Source: Rhodobacteraceae bacterium HLUCCA09 (GTDB taxonomy: Bacteria; Pseudomonadota; Alphaproteobacteria; Rhodobacterales; Rhodobacteraceae). Taken from it: a DNA stretch of 64,000 nt. The notes beneath the pieces were generated by a model. That model was not told the origin of the DNA. It did not search any database and saw nothing but the letters and a program-made list of their open reading frames with translations. Location: contig LJNT01000118.1 of NCBI GenBank assembly GCA_001314685.1, forward strand, positions 2,472-66,471, given 5' to 3'. The position numbers were made by a program, and so were the translations under genes. This document shows, piece after piece, positions 53,186 through 63,263 of this stretch; the first letter of the stretch is position 1, and each line of letters begins with the position of its first letter.

Positions 53186-54379
53186 ATGCCGGGAATCGTC
53201 GTCGTGGGCGCGGGGCAGGCGGGTGCCGCCCTGGTCGCCCGGTTGCGGGCCAAGGGCGAGAGGCGCCCCGTCACCCTGATCGGGGAGGAACACGTGCCCC
53301 CCTACCAGCGCCCACCCCTGTCGAAGGCGTATCTCAAGGGCGAGATGGCGCTCGAGCGGCTCTACCTGCGGCCCGAGGCGTGGTACCGCGAGAACGGGGT
53401 CGAGCTCAGGCTCGACACCCGCGTCGACGCGATCGACCTTGCCGACCGCACGGTGATCGCCGGCGGCCATGCCTTGCCCTACGACGAGCTGGTGCTGACT
53501 ACCGGCTCCGTCCCGCGCCGCCTGCCGCCGGGGGTCGGCGGCGACCTCGCCGGCGTGCACGTCGTTCGGGGCCTGCGCGACGTCGATCGCTTGGCGCCCG
53601 AAATGGCGGCGGGCAAGCGCGCGCTCGTGATCGGCGGCGGCTATATCGGGCTCGAGGCCGCGGCGGTGGCCGCCTCGCTGGGCCTCGACGTGACCGTGGT
53701 CGAGGCCGCGCCGCGCATCCTGCAACGGGTCGCCGCGCCCGAGACCTCCGACGTCGTCCGCGCGGTGCACGAGGGCCACGGCGTGAGGATCCGCGAGGGC
53801 ACGGGCCTCGCCCGCCTGACCGGCGAGGGCCGCGTGAGCGGCGCGGTGCTGGAGGATGGCACCGAGCTTCCAGCCGACATCGTGATCGTCGGCATCGGGA
53901 TCACGCCGGCCACCGCGCTCGCCGAGGCCGCCGGCATCGAGGTGGAGAACGGGATCAGGGTGGATGCGCGCGGTCGCACCTCCGCCCCCCATGTCTGGGC
54001 CGCGGGCGATTGCGCCGCGCTGCCCTGTCGCGGCCGCCGTATCCGGCTGGAGAGCGTGCAGAACGCCATCGACCAGGCCGAGGCGGTGGCCGACAACATC
54101 GCCGGCGCCGAACGGGACTACGACCCGAGGCCCTGGTTCTGGTCCGACCAATACGACCTCAAGCTGCAGATCGCGGGGCTGAACACCGGCTACGATCGGG
54201 TCGTCGTCCGCCCCGGCACCTCGCACTGGTACTACGCGGGCGACCGGCTGCTTGCCGTCGACGCGATGAACGACCCCCGCGCCTACATGGTGGGCAAGCG
54301 GCTGATCGAGGCGGGCCGGTCGCCCGACCCGGCGGCGGTGGCCGACCCCGAGACCGACCTCAAGACCCTGCTGCGCTGA
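53186..54379 (+). CDS. FAD/NAD(P)H-dependent ferredoxin reductase-type flavoprotein
   Basis: 397 aa from MPGIVVVGAGQAG. Second Rossmann motif ALVIGGGYIGLE. WAAGDCA. C-terminal reductase domain. No lipoamide-dehydrogenase CxxxxC disulfide. Confidence 0.85.
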   Translation: MPGIVVVGAGQAGAALVARLRAKGERRPVTLIGEEHVPPYQRPPLSKAYLKGEMALERLYLRPEAWYRENGVELRLDTRVDAIDLADRTVIAGGHALPYDELVLTTGSVPRRLPPGVGGDLAGVHVVRGLRDVDRLAPEMAAGKRALVIGGGYIGLEAAAVAASLGLDVTVVEAAPRILQRVAAPETSDVVRAVHEGHGVRIREGTGLARLTGEGRVSGAVLEDGTELPADIVIVGIGITPATALAEAAGIEVENGIRVDARGRTSAPHVWAAGDCAALPCRGRRIRLESVQNAIDQAEAVADNIAGAERDYDPRPWFWSDQYDLKLQIAGLNTGYDRVVVRPGTSHWYYAGDRLLAVDAMNDPRAYMVGKRLIEAGRSPDPAAVADPETDLKTLLR

Positions 54380-54954
54380 TGCGGATCGTGGCGGGGCGCA
54401 ACCGGGGCCTGCCGCTCGCCGGGCTCGGGCCGGGTGACCCCTCGGCCCACCTGCGCCCCACCTCCGACCGGGTCCGCGAGAGCCTGTTCAACCTGCTCGC
54501 CGCCCGCGACGATGTCGTGCTCGAGGGCGCCCGGGTGCTCGACCTTTTCGCCGGCACCGGCGCGCTCGGCCTCGAGGCGCTGTCGCGCGGCGCGGCCGAG
54601 GCCGTCTTCGTCGACGATGGCGCGACCGCCCGCGCGCTCCTGCGCGAAAACATCGGGCGGGCGAAGGCGCAGGGCCAGACGAGGGTCTTCCGCCGCGACG
54701 CCACGGCGCTGGGCGAGGTGCGCGGCGCGCCGTTCGGCCTCGTCTTCCTCGACCCGCCCTACGCGCAGGAGCTCGGTGCCCGTGCCCTTGCCTCGGCCGA
54801 GGCGGGCGGCTGGCTCTCCCCCGGCGCCACGATCGTCTGGGAAGAGAGCGCCCCGCAGCCCCCGCCGCCGGGCTTCGCCCTGCTCGACGCCCGCCGCTAC
54901 GGCGACACGCATCTGACGATCCTGCGCGCTCCGGGCGCCCCCGCGCCCGGCTGA
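54379..54954 (+). CDS. rsmD: 16S rRNA (guanine966-N2)-methyltransferase
   Basis: 191 aa. [37 protein letters not shown]. Confidence 0.88.
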   Translation: MRIVAGRNRGLPLAGLGPGDPSAHLRPTSDRVRESLFNLLAARDDVVLEGARVLDLFAGTGALGLEALSRGAAEAVFVDDGATARALLRENIGRAKAQGQTRVFRRDATALGEVRGAPFGLVFLDPPYAQELGARALASAEAGGWLSPGATIVWEESAPQPPPPGFALLDARRYGDTHLTILRAPGAPAPG

Positions 54955-55001
54955 AGCCGACGCGCCGGCCGGCGCATCCCTTGCCTGCATGCGCGCCGCC
55001 G

Positions 55002-55052
55002 CTCCTTCTTCTTGCTCCAAATATCCCGGGGGAGTCGCCCGGAACGGGCGAC
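55002..55052 (-). repeat. Dispersed repeat copy E (CTCCTTCTTCTTGCTCCAAATATCCC) plus adjacent hairpin GTCGCCCG-GAA-CGGGCGAC
   Basis: Read in the 194-bp rsmD-glpK spacer. 20/23 core identity with copy B and the same core-then-hairpin layout. Confidence 0.75.
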
Positions 55053-55148
55053 GGGGGCAGCGCCCCCGCACCGGCCGGGACTTGCGCCGGCCCTCCCCCT
55101 TTCCCCCCGTCCCGCCAAGTGCTTGTCTGGTCCGAAAGGGAGGAGTTC

Positions 55149-56636
55149 ATGACCCACGTTCTCGCCATCGACCAGGGCACCACCTCGACCCGCGCGATCC
55201 TGTTCGACGGAAACATGAAGATCGCCGCCACCGCGCAGGAAGAGTTTCCGCAGCACTACCCGGCCTCCGGCTGGGTGGAGCACGACCCTGCAGATCTCTG
55301 GGGCACCACCGCCGGCACCTGCCGCGAGGTGATGGAGCGCGCCGGCATCCGCGGCGCCGACATCGCCGGCATCGGCATCACCAACCAGCGCGAGACCGTC
55401 GTCGTCTGGGAAAGGGAGACGGGCCGACCCGTCCACAACGCCATCGTCTGGCAGGACAGGCGCACCGCCGAGATCTGCGACGACCTGCGCGCGGCGGGCC
55501 ACGAGAAGATGGTGACCGAGGTGACAGGCCTGCTGCTCGATCCCTACTTCTCGGGCACCAAGCTGAAATGGATCCTCGATACCGTCGAAGGCGCGCGCGA
55601 GCGCGCCGCGGCCGGCGATCTTCTGTTCGGCACGGTCGACACCTGGCTGATCTGGCGGCTGACGGGGGGCGCGGCCCACGTGACCGACGCGACCAATGCC
55701 TGCCGGACGCTGCTCTACGACATCCACAAGGGGCAGTGGTCGCCCGAGATCTGCAAGCTGCTCGGCATCCCGATGGCGATGCTGCCCGAGGTGCGCGACA
55801 CGGCCGGGCAATTCGGCGAGGCGCGGCCCGACCTCTTCGGCACGGCGATCCCCATTCTCGGCGTGGCGGGCGACCAGCAGGCGGCGACGCTGGGACAGGC
55901 CTGCTTCAAGCCCGGCATGCTCAAGAGCACCTACGGCACCGGCTGCTTCGCGCTGCTCAACACCGGGGCCACGCCGGTCGCCTCGCAGAACCGGCTGCTG
56001 ACGACGGTAGCCTATCAGCTCGACGGTCGGCCCACATACGCGCTCGAGGGCTCGATCTTCATTGCCGGGGCGGTGGTGCAATGGCTGCGCGACGGGTTGC
56101 AGGTGATCCGCTCGGCCCCCGAGACGCAGCCGCTCGCGGAGAAGGCCGACCCCGGGCAAGAGGTGGTGCTGGTGCCCGCCTTCACCGGCCTCGGCGCGCC
56201 CTACTGGCGGCCCGATTGCCGCGGCGCGATCTTCGGGCTGACGCGCAATTCGGGGCCGGCGGAGTTCGCCCGCGCGGCGCTCGAATCGGTCGGATACCAG
56301 ACGCGCGACCTGCTGGAGGCGATGAAGGCGGATTACCACGGCGAGGGCGCGGGCAGCACCCTGCGCGTCGACGGCGGCATGAGCGCCTCCGACTGGGCGA
56401 TGCAGTTTCTCGCCGACATCCTCGGCGCGCCCGTCGACCGGCCCGACGTGCTGGAGACGACGGCGCTCGGCGCGGCCTGGCTCGCGGGCATGCAGGCGGG
56501 CGTCTATCCAGGCCAGGAGGAGTTCGCGCAGACCTGGGCGCTCGAGCGGCAGTTCATCCCCCAGATGGCCGAGGCCGAGCGCGAGCGCCGCTACGAGCGG
56601 TGGACGTCGGCGGTCAACGCCACCATGGAGTTCTGA
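55149..56636 (+). CDS. glpK: Glycerol kinase
   Basis: 495 aa. [40 protein letters not shown]. Confidence 0.95.
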   Translation: MTHVLAIDQGTTSTRAILFDGNMKIAATAQEEFPQHYPASGWVEHDPADLWGTTAGTCREVMERAGIRGADIAGIGITNQRETVVVWERETGRPVHNAIVWQDRRTAEICDDLRAAGHEKMVTEVTGLLLDPYFSGTKLKWILDTVEGARERAAAGDLLFGTVDTWLIWRLTGGAAHVTDATNACRTLLYDIHKGQWSPEICKLLGIPMAMLPEVRDTAGQFGEARPDLFGTAIPILGVAGDQQAATLGQACFKPGMLKSTYGTGCFALLNTGATPVASQNRLLTTVAYQLDGRPTYALEGSIFIAGAVVQWLRDGLQVIRSAPETQPLAEKADPGQEVVLVPAFTGLGAPYWRPDCRGAIFGLTRNSGPAEFARAALESVGYQTRDLLEAMKADYHGEGAGSTLRVDGGMSASDWAMQFLADILGAPVDRPDVLETTALGAAWLAGMQAGVYPGQEEFAQTWALERQFIPQMAEAERERRYERWTSAVNATMEF

Positions 56637-56713
56637 GCGTCGGCCGTTTCGGGCCGTGACCCCGGGGCCGGCTGTTGCTAAGGGCAGGGCCGGGGACAAC
56701 GGACGGGCGCGGC

Positions 56714-57271
56714 ATGGACATCATCGAGACCGAGCTTCCGGGGGTGATGGTCGTGATCCCGCGCCGCTTCGGCGACGCGCGGGGCTGGTTCTCGGAAACG
56801 TGGAACGCCCGCGCGCTGGCGCAGCACGGCATCACGACGGCGTTCGTGCAGGACAACCAGTCGTTCTCGGCCGAGGCGGGCACGCTGCGGGGCCTGCATT
56901 ACCAGGCCCCGCCGCACGCCCAGGCCAAGCTGGTGCGCTGCCTTTCAGGCCGAATCCTCGACGTGGCCGTCGACGCGCGGGTGGGCTCGCCCACCTGCGG
57001 GCGATGGACGGCGCGCGAGCTGACGGCGGAGGGCGGCGAGCAGTTGCTGGTGCCAGAGGGCTTCCTGCACGGCTTCCTGACGCTGACGCCCGACACGATG
57101 GTGGCCTACAAGTGCTCCGACTACTACGCCCCCGAGGCCGACGGCGCGGTGCGGTGGGATTCGGTCGGCATCGACTGGGGGCTTTCCGGCTCGCCCACGC
57201 TGTCGCTGAAGGACGCCGAGGCCCCTCCGTTCGACGCATGGGACAGCCCGTTCACATGGGGCGCGGCATGA
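56714..57271 (+). CDS. rfbC: dTDP-4-dehydrorhamnose 3,5-epimerase
   Basis: 185 aa. [34 protein letters not shown]. Confidence 0.92.
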   Translation: MDIIETELPGVMVVIPRRFGDARGWFSETWNARALAQHGITTAFVQDNQSFSAEAGTLRGLHYQAPPHAQAKLVRCLSGRILDVAVDARVGSPTCGRWTARELTAEGGEQLLVPEGFLHGFLTLTPDTMVAYKCSDYYAPEADGAVRWDSVGIDWGLSGSPTLSLKDAEAPPFDAWDSPFTWGAA

Positions 57272-58305
57272 AGCTGCTGATCACGGGCGGCGCCGGCTTC
57301 ATCGGCTCGGCTGTCGTGCGGCTCGCGGTGGCACGCGGGCATGGCGTGGTGAACCTCGACGCGCTGACCTATGCCGCCGACCTGCGCAACGTGGCCGAGG
57401 CAGCCGCGAGCCCCCTGTACGCCTTCGAGCACGCCGATATCCGCGACCGGGCGGCGCTCGACCGAATCCTCGACCAGCACCGCCCCGACGCGATCCTGCA
57501 TCTCGCCGCCGAGAGCCATGTCGACCGGTCGATCGACGGCCCCGCCCCGTTCATCGAGACGAACGTGACGGGCACCTGCACCCTGCTCGAGGCGGCGCGG
57601 CGCTACTGGGAGGGGCAGGGCCGGCCCGAGCCGTTCCGCTTTCACCACGTCTCGACCGACGAGGTGTATGGCTCGCTCGGGGCGACCGGCAAGTTCACCG
57701 AAGAGACGCCCTACGCCCCGCGCTCGCCCTACTCGGCGTCGAAGGCGGCCTCCGATCACCTCGTCATGGCCTGGCACGAGACCTACGGGCTGCCGGTGCT
57801 GCTGACCAATTGCTCGAACAACTACGGCCCCTATCACTTTCCCGAAAAGCTGATTCCCGTGGTGATCCTGAACGCGCTCGCCGGGCGCCCGATCCCGGTC
57901 TACGGCAAGGGCGAGAACGTGCGCGACTGGCTCTTCGTCGAGGATCATGCCGACGCGCTGCTGACGGTGCTGCAGCGGGGGCAGGTTGGGCGGAGCTACA
58001 ACATCGGCGGCGAGAACGAGGCGCGCAATATCGACCTCGTGCGCACGATCTGCAGCCTGCTCGATGCCCGCCGCCCCCAGGGCGCCCCACACGACCGGCT
58101 GATCGAATTCGTGACCGACAGGCCGGGCCACGACCTGCGCTACGCGATCGACCCGGCGCGCATCCGCAGCGAGCTGGGCTGGCGGCCCTCGGTCACGCTC
58201 GAGGAGGGGCTGGCGCGCACCGTCGACTGGTTTATCGCGCATGAGGGCTGGTGGCGCCCGCTGATGGCGCGCGACGGTGTGGGCCGGAGGCTCGGCACGG
58301 CATGA
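57268..58305 (+). CDS. rfbB: dTDP-glucose 4,6-dehydratase
   Basis: 345 aa. [28 protein letters not shown]. Confidence 0.93.
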   Translation: MKLLITGGAGFIGSAVVRLAVARGHGVVNLDALTYAADLRNVAEAAASPLYAFEHADIRDRAALDRILDQHRPDAILHLAAESHVDRSIDGPAPFIETNVTGTCTLLEAARRYWEGQGRPEPFRFHHVSTDEVYGSLGATGKFTEETPYAPRSPYSASKAASDHLVMAWHETYGLPVLLTNCSNNYGPYHFPEKLIPVVILNALAGRPIPVYGKGENVRDWLFVEDHADALLTVLQRGQVGRSYNIGGENEARNIDLVRTICSLLDARRPQGAPHDRLIEFVTDRPGHDLRYAIDPARIRSELGWRPSVTLEEGLARTVDWFIAHEGWWRPLMARDGVGRRLGTA

Positions 58306-59165
58306 AGCTCGCGCTCTTCGGACGAACGGGGCAGGTCGCCACCGAGGTGCGGCGCCGCGCGCCGGACGGCGTGAAGCTCGACGTCTTCGGGCGGGACGAG
58401 GCCGATTTCAACGTTCCCGATGACGTCTTCGAGGCAGCACGCCAGATACGGGCGGATGCCGTGATAAACGCTGTCGCCCATACGGCGGTCGACACGGCCG
58501 AAACCGAACCGAATGTCGCCAACGCGGTGAACGGCCTCTCGGTCAAGGCCCTGGCTGAGGCCTGCGCCGAGACGGGCATTCCGCTTGTCCACATATCGAC
58601 CGACTACGTGTTCGCCGGCGACGGAGCGCGCGCCTGGACGCCCGAAGACCCGACCCACCCCCTTGGCGCGTATGGACGCAGCAAGCTGATCGGGGAGGCC
58701 GGCATAAGGGCCGCCACGACCCGGCATGTGATCCTGCGCACCTCCTGGGTGTTCAGCGCGCACGGCGCCAACTTCGTCAAGACCATGCTGAGGCTCGCCG
58801 CGGAGCGCGACGAGCTGCGGATCGTCGCCGATCAGGTTGGCGGGCCGACGCCCGCATGCGCCATCGCCGATGCCTGCCTGACCCTTGCACGCGCCCTGGC
58901 CGATGGCAGCGCGGGCGGCACCTATCACTTTTCCGGCGCGCCCGATGCGAGCTGGTCGGAGTTTGCGCGCGAGATCTTCCGCCAGACGAACCTGCCCACG
59001 CGGGTGACGGATATTCCGACGTCGGAGTACCCCACACCGGCGCAACGCCCGCTGAATTCCCGTCTCGAGTGCAGCTCGCTTCAGGCGGACTTCGGCATCG
59101 TGCGCCCCGACTGGCGCGCGGCACTCCACGACGTTCTCACCGAATTGAAGGCGACACCCGAATGA
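58302..59165 (+). CDS. rfbD: dTDP-4-dehydrorhamnose reductase
   Basis: 287 aa. [27 protein letters not shown]. Confidence 0.9.
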   Translation: MKLALFGRTGQVATEVRRRAPDGVKLDVFGRDEADFNVPDDVFEAARQIRADAVINAVAHTAVDTAETEPNVANAVNGLSVKALAEACAETGIPLVHISTDYVFAGDGARAWTPEDPTHPLGAYGRSKLIGEAGIRAATTRHVILRTSWVFSAHGANFVKTMLRLAAERDELRIVADQVGGPTPACAIADACLTLARALADGSAGGTYHFSGAPDASWSEFAREIFRQTNLPTRVTDIPTSEYPTPAQRPLNSRLECSSLQADFGIVRPDWRAALHDVLTELKATPE

Positions 59166-60034
59166 CCAGGCGCAAGGGCATCATTCTCGCAGGGGGCTCG
59201 GGCACGCGGCTCTACCCGGTGACGCTGGCGGTGTCGAAGCAGCTTCTGCCGCTCTACGACAAGCCGATGATCTACTACCCGCTTTCGGTGCTGATGCTGG
59301 CGGGCATCCGCGAGATCGCGGTGATCACCACACCGCACGACCAGGACCAGTTCCGCCGACTGATGGGCGACGGCAGCCAGTGGGGCCTGTCGCTGACGTG
59401 GATCGAGCAGCCCTCGCCCGACGGGTTGGCGCAGGCCTACCTGCTGGCCGAGGAGTTTCTCGCCGGAGCGCCCTCGGCGATGGTGCTGGGCGACAACATC
59501 TTCTTCGGCCACGGCCTGCCCGAGCTGATGGCGCGGGCCGATGCGCGCGACGGGGGCGGCACCGTCTTCGGCTACCGCGTGGCCGACCCCGAGCGCTACG
59601 GCGTGGTCGATTTCGACGGCGCGCAGGTGCGCGCCATCGTCGAAAAGCCAGCCGAGCCGCCGTCGAACTTCGCGGTGACGGGCCTCTACTTCCTCGACGG
59701 CACGGCGCCCGAGCGCGCCGGGCAGGTTCGCCCCTCGCCGCGCGGCGAGCTCGAGATCACGAGCCTGCTCGAGAGCTACCTCGCCGAGGGCGCGCTGACC
59801 GTCGAGCGCATGGGGCGGGGCTATGCCTGGCTCGACACGGGCACCCACGCCTCGCTGCTCGACGCCGGCAACTTCGTGCGCACCCTGGAAGAGCGGCAGG
59901 GGCTTCAGACCGGCTCGCCCGAGGAGATCGCGTGGGGGCAGGGCTGGATCGACCGCGCCACGCTGGCACACGCGGCCGAGCGCTTCGGCAAGACCGCCTA
60001 TGGGCGCTACCTGCAGGGGCTGCTCGAAGCGTGA
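59162..60034 (+). CDS. rfbA: Glucose-1-phosphate thymidylyltransferase
   Basis: 290 aa. GIILAGGSGTRLYPVT, SKQLLPLYDKPMIYYPLS, LGDNIF. Confidence 0.94.
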   Translation: MTRRKGIILAGGSGTRLYPVTLAVSKQLLPLYDKPMIYYPLSVLMLAGIREIAVITTPHDQDQFRRLMGDGSQWGLSLTWIEQPSPDGLAQAYLLAEEFLAGAPSAMVLGDNIFFGHGLPELMARADARDGGGTVFGYRVADPERYGVVDFDGAQVRAIVEKPAEPPSNFAVTGLYFLDGTAPERAGQVRPSPRGELEITSLLESYLAEGALTVERMGRGYAWLDTGTHASLLDAGNFVRTLEERQGLQTGSPEEIAWGQGWIDRATLAHAAERFGKTAYGRYLQGLLEA

Positions 60035-60044
60035 GGGCCGTGGC

Positions 60045-60875
60045 CTAGAGGCCGAGCGCCTCGGCGTGAAAGTCGACATGGTCGCCCATGAAGGTGGCGA
60101 TGAAGAAGTAGGAATGGTCGTAGCCCGCCTGCAGGCGGAACTCGCCCGGCTGGCGGCGGGCCGCAATCGCCTCGGCCAGCGCCTCGGGCTTGAGCGTGTC
60201 GATGAACTGGTCGGACGTGCCCTGGTCGATCAGCACCGGCGCGTCGATGCCGCGGGCGCGCATCTGCAGGGTTGAATCGTGCCGCTCCCACGCCGCCTCG
60301 TCGTCGCCGAGATAGGCCGAGAGCTGCTTGCGCCCCCAGTCCGACGTGGTGGGGTGCGCGATGGGCGCGAAAGCCGAGACCGACAGGAACCGCCCGGGAT
60401 GGGCGGCCGCGATGGTCAGCGCGCCGTGCCCGCCCATCGAGTGCCCGCAGATCGCCTGCCGGCCAAGGTCGACCGGGAACTCGGCGCCGAGGAGCTCGGT
60501 GAGATCCTTCGTGACGTAGCTCCACATCGAATAGTGCGGCGCCCAGGGCGCCTCGGTCGCGTCGACGTAGAAGCCTGCGCCCTTGCCGAGGTTGTACGCC
60601 TCGTCGTCGGCCACGTGATCGCCCCTGGGCGAGGTGTCGGGAAAGACCAGCGCGAGGCCCGCGCGCGCGGCATGGGCCTGCGCGCCGGCCTTCACCATCG
60701 CGTTCTCGTGGGTGCAGGTCAGCCCCGAGAGATACCACAGAAGTGGCACCGGCCCGTCCTCGGCCTGCGGCGGCAGGTAGAGGCCGAAGGTCATCTCGCA
60801 TCCGGTGCTCGCCGCATCGTGGGCGAAGACGCCCTGCACGCCGCCGTAGCACCTGTTCTCGGAAACGGTTCGCAT
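60045..60875 (-). CDS. fghA: S-formylglutathione hydrolase (esterase D family)
   Basis: 276 aa from MRTVSENRCYGG. WYLSGLTCT, nucleophile elbow GHSMGGHGA, GYDHSYFFI. Confidence 0.9.
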   Translation of the reverse strand: MRTVSENRCYGGVQGVFAHDAASTGCEMTFGLYLPPQAEDGPVPLLWYLSGLTCTHENAMVKAGAQAHAARAGLALVFPDTSPRGDHVADDEAYNLGKGAGFYVDATEAPWAPHYSMWSYVTKDLTELLGAEFPVDLGRQAICGHSMGGHGALTIAAAHPGRFLSVSAFAPIAHPTTSDWGRKQLSAYLGDDEAAWERHDSTLQMRARGIDAPVLIDQGTSDQFIDTLKPEALAEAIAARRQPGEFRLQAGYDHSYFFIATFMGDHVDFHAEALGL

Positions 60876-61054
60876 CGCGCCCTCCTCTCGTGCCGCCGGG
60901 CCTCTGCGCCGCCTGCCACGGATCGCCGGCCCGGGCAAGACGGCCCGCCGTTGCGCCGGCGCCTGCGCCCCGTGCCGTTTTCGCCCGACTTTCGGCTACA
61001 GGCCGCCCCGCAGTGCCGCTAGTGTCGCGGGCAGAGGGCAAGCGTGAGGGTGCC

Positions 61055-62338
61055 GTGGAACAGGGTCTGGCCGAGGCGGAGACGGGGGAGAGCGCGGCGC
61101 TCGTGGTGCCGCTCGAGGGGGTGCTATGCCGCACCAGCCTCGCCACCGAGCGGCTGGTGCAGGGCGTCGCGGCCGACCCGCTCGGCGCGCTGGCGGGGCG
61201 GTCGCGCAGGCGGCCGCTGCCGCCCGAGGTGCTGCCGCTCGACGGGGGCGTGCTTGAGCGGGTGCGGGCCGCCCGTGCCGAGGGGCGGCGCACGATCCTC
61301 GTCACGGCGGCCGACGAGGTGCAGGCGCAGGTCGTCGCCGACGGGCTCGGCCTGTTCGACGCCGTCGTGGCCGACGCGCCCGAGGGCGCATCGCGCGTGG
61401 CCCGCCTCGCCGAGGCGGCCGGGCCGGGGGCCGAGGTGCTTTCCGCGCGCGCCGGTGCCGGCCTGTCGCCCGGGGCGGTGGTGCGCGCGATGCGGCCGCA
61501 CCAGTGGTCGAAGAACCTGCTGATCTTCCTGCCGCTTCTGGCCGCCCACGACGTCTCGGGCATCGGCGCGGCCTTCGCGGCCTTCGTCGCCTTCTCGCTC
61601 ACCGCCTCGTCGGTCTACGTGCTGAACGACATCGCCGATCTCGCCGCCGATCGCGCCCACCCGCGCAAGCGGCACCGGCCCTTCGCGGCGGGCGAGGTCT
61701 CCGTGGGCACCGGGCTGGCCATCGCGGCCGCGCTGCTTGCTCTTGCGGCAGCGGTGGCGCTCGCCTTCACGCCGCCCGTCTTCTCCCTCGTGCTCGTGCT
61801 CTACTATGCCGTGACCTTCGCCTATTCCTTCTGGCTGAAGCGCAAGCTCGTCATCGACGTGATCACTCTGGCGGGCCTCTACACGATCCGCATCGTCGCG
61901 GGGGCGGCGGCCTGCGCCATTGCGCTCTCGCCGTGGATGCTCGGCTTTTCGATGTTCCTCTTTCTCGCGCTCGCGGCGGTGAAGCGGCAGGCGGAACTGG
62001 TCGACATGCTGGCCGAGGGGAAGGAGGAGCGCGCGGGCCGGGGCTACGTGCCCGACGACCTGCCGGTAATCCGCGCGATGGCGCTGGCGGCAGGCTATGC
62101 GGCGGTGCTCGTCTTCGCGCTCTACGTCTCGTCGAGGGAGGTGACGGCGCTCTACACGCGGCCCGAGGCGCTCTGGCTCGTCTGCCCGCTGCTGCTCTAC
62201 TGGATCAGCCGGATGGTGATGGTCACGCACCGCGGACGGATGGACGACGACCCGATCGTTTTCGCCGCGACCGACAAGGTGAGCCTCGCCGTGGTGGTCG
62301 TGGGCGCGGCGATCTTCGTGGGCGCCAGCCTGGGCTGA
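61055..62338 (+). CDS. UbiA-family prenyltransferase (decaprenyl-phosphate phosphoribosyltransferase-like) with N-terminal HAD-like domain lacking the DxD nucleophile
   Basis: Membrane half has NDIADLAADRAHPRKRHRP (NDxxDxxxD) and RPHQWSKN. The N-terminal ~160 aa are soluble, with VVPLEGVL where HAD motif I (DxDxT) is expected. GTG 61055 follows a GAGGG RBS; the start is uncertain. Confidence 0.75.
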   Translation: MEQGLAEAETGESAALVVPLEGVLCRTSLATERLVQGVAADPLGALAGRSRRRPLPPEVLPLDGGVLERVRAARAEGRRTILVTAADEVQAQVVADGLGLFDAVVADAPEGASRVARLAEAAGPGAEVLSARAGAGLSPGAVVRAMRPHQWSKNLLIFLPLLAAHDVSGIGAAFAAFVAFSLTASSVYVLNDIADLAADRAHPRKRHRPFAAGEVSVGTGLAIAAALLALAAAVALAFTPPVFSLVLVLYYAVTFAYSFWLKRKLVIDVITLAGLYTIRIVAGAAACAIALSPWMLGFSMFLFLALAAVKRQAELVDMLAEGKEERAGRGYVPDDLPVIRAMALAAGYAAVLVFALYVSSREVTALYTRPEALWLVCPLLLYWISRMVMVTHRGRMDDDPIVFAATDKVSLAVVVVGAAIFVGASLG

Positions 62339-62342
62339 CGCC

Positions 62343-63191
62343 TCAGCGGCCCGGGATGGCGGCGCGCTTGACGCCCGCGGTCTCCCAGGTGCGCATTGCC
62401 TCGAGGGCGTCATCGGCCGTCTCGACGAAGCGGAACAGCGCGAGGTCGTCGGCCGAGATCGTGCCGGCCTCGACCAGCGCGTCGAAGTCGATCACCCGAC
62501 GCCAGAACGCCTCGCCGAAGAGCAGGAACGGCACCTGCTCCATCCGGCCCGTCTGGATGAGGGTGAGCGCCTCGAACGTCTCGTCGAGCGTGCCGAAGCC
62601 GCCGGGAAAGACGGCGATGGCCGCGGCCCGCATCAGGAAGTGCATCTTGCGGATGCCGAAATAGTGGAAGTTGAAGCAGAGCTCGGGCGTAACGTACTCG
62701 TTCGGGGCCTGCTCGTGCGGCAGCACGATCGACAGCCCGATCGAGCGGCCCCCCGCCTCGGCCGCGCCGCGATTGCCGGCCTCCATCACGCCGGGGCCGC
62801 CGCCCGTGCAGATCACCCAGTCGCGCCCGCCGCGCGCCACCGATTCCTTGGTGACGGCGCGGGCGAAGCGGCGCGCCTCGTCGTAGAAGTGGCTCAAGGC
62901 GCCCATGGTGCCCGGCGCCGCGTCGGGCGCGGCCGCATCGGGCCGGGGGATGCGCGCGCCACCGAACAGAACGACGGTCGAGTCGATCCCGGCCTCGGCC
63001 ATCAGCAGTTCCGGCTTGAGCAATTCGAGCTGGAGCCGCACGGGGCGCAACTCGTCGCGGTAGATGAACTCCTCGTCGGCGAAGGCGAGCCTGTAGGCCG
63101 GCGAGCGCGTCTGCTCGGTCTCGGGGACGCCACGGGCGACCTCGCTGTCCTCGTGGGCGTCGCGGAAGCCGCGGTGCCGTTCCTCGCGCAT
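62343..63191 (-). CDS. LOG-family (TIGR00730) nucleotide phosphoribohydrolase-like protein
   Basis: 282 aa. TGGGPGVMEAGNRGA and PGGFGTLDE motifs. Confidence 0.85.
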   Translation of the reverse strand: MREERHRGFRDAHEDSEVARGVPETEQTRSPAYRLAFADEEFIYRDELRPVRLQLELLKPELLMAEAGIDSTVVLFGGARIPRPDAAAPDAAPGTMGALSHFYDEARRFARAVTKESVARGGRDWVICTGGGPGVMEAGNRGAAEAGGRSIGLSIVLPHEQAPNEYVTPELCFNFHYFGIRKMHFLMRAAAIAVFPGGFGTLDETFEALTLIQTGRMEQVPFLLFGEAFWRRVIDFDALVEAGTISADDLALFRFVETADDALEAMRTWETAGVKRAAIPGR

Positions 63192-63263
63192 GGTGCCTCC
63201 GATTGCGCCTTCCCGCCGGGCCGTCTATAGCCCGCCGAAACACCAGACCAGAGGGGGCGTGCG

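Noticed and set aside
53186-54379. The flavoprotein as the missing E3 (lipoamide dehydrogenase) of the aco-like complex
   Set aside because: It lacks the CxxxxC redox-active disulfide and the dimerisation-domain pattern of LpdA. It is about 33 kb away and has ferredoxin-reductase-type features.
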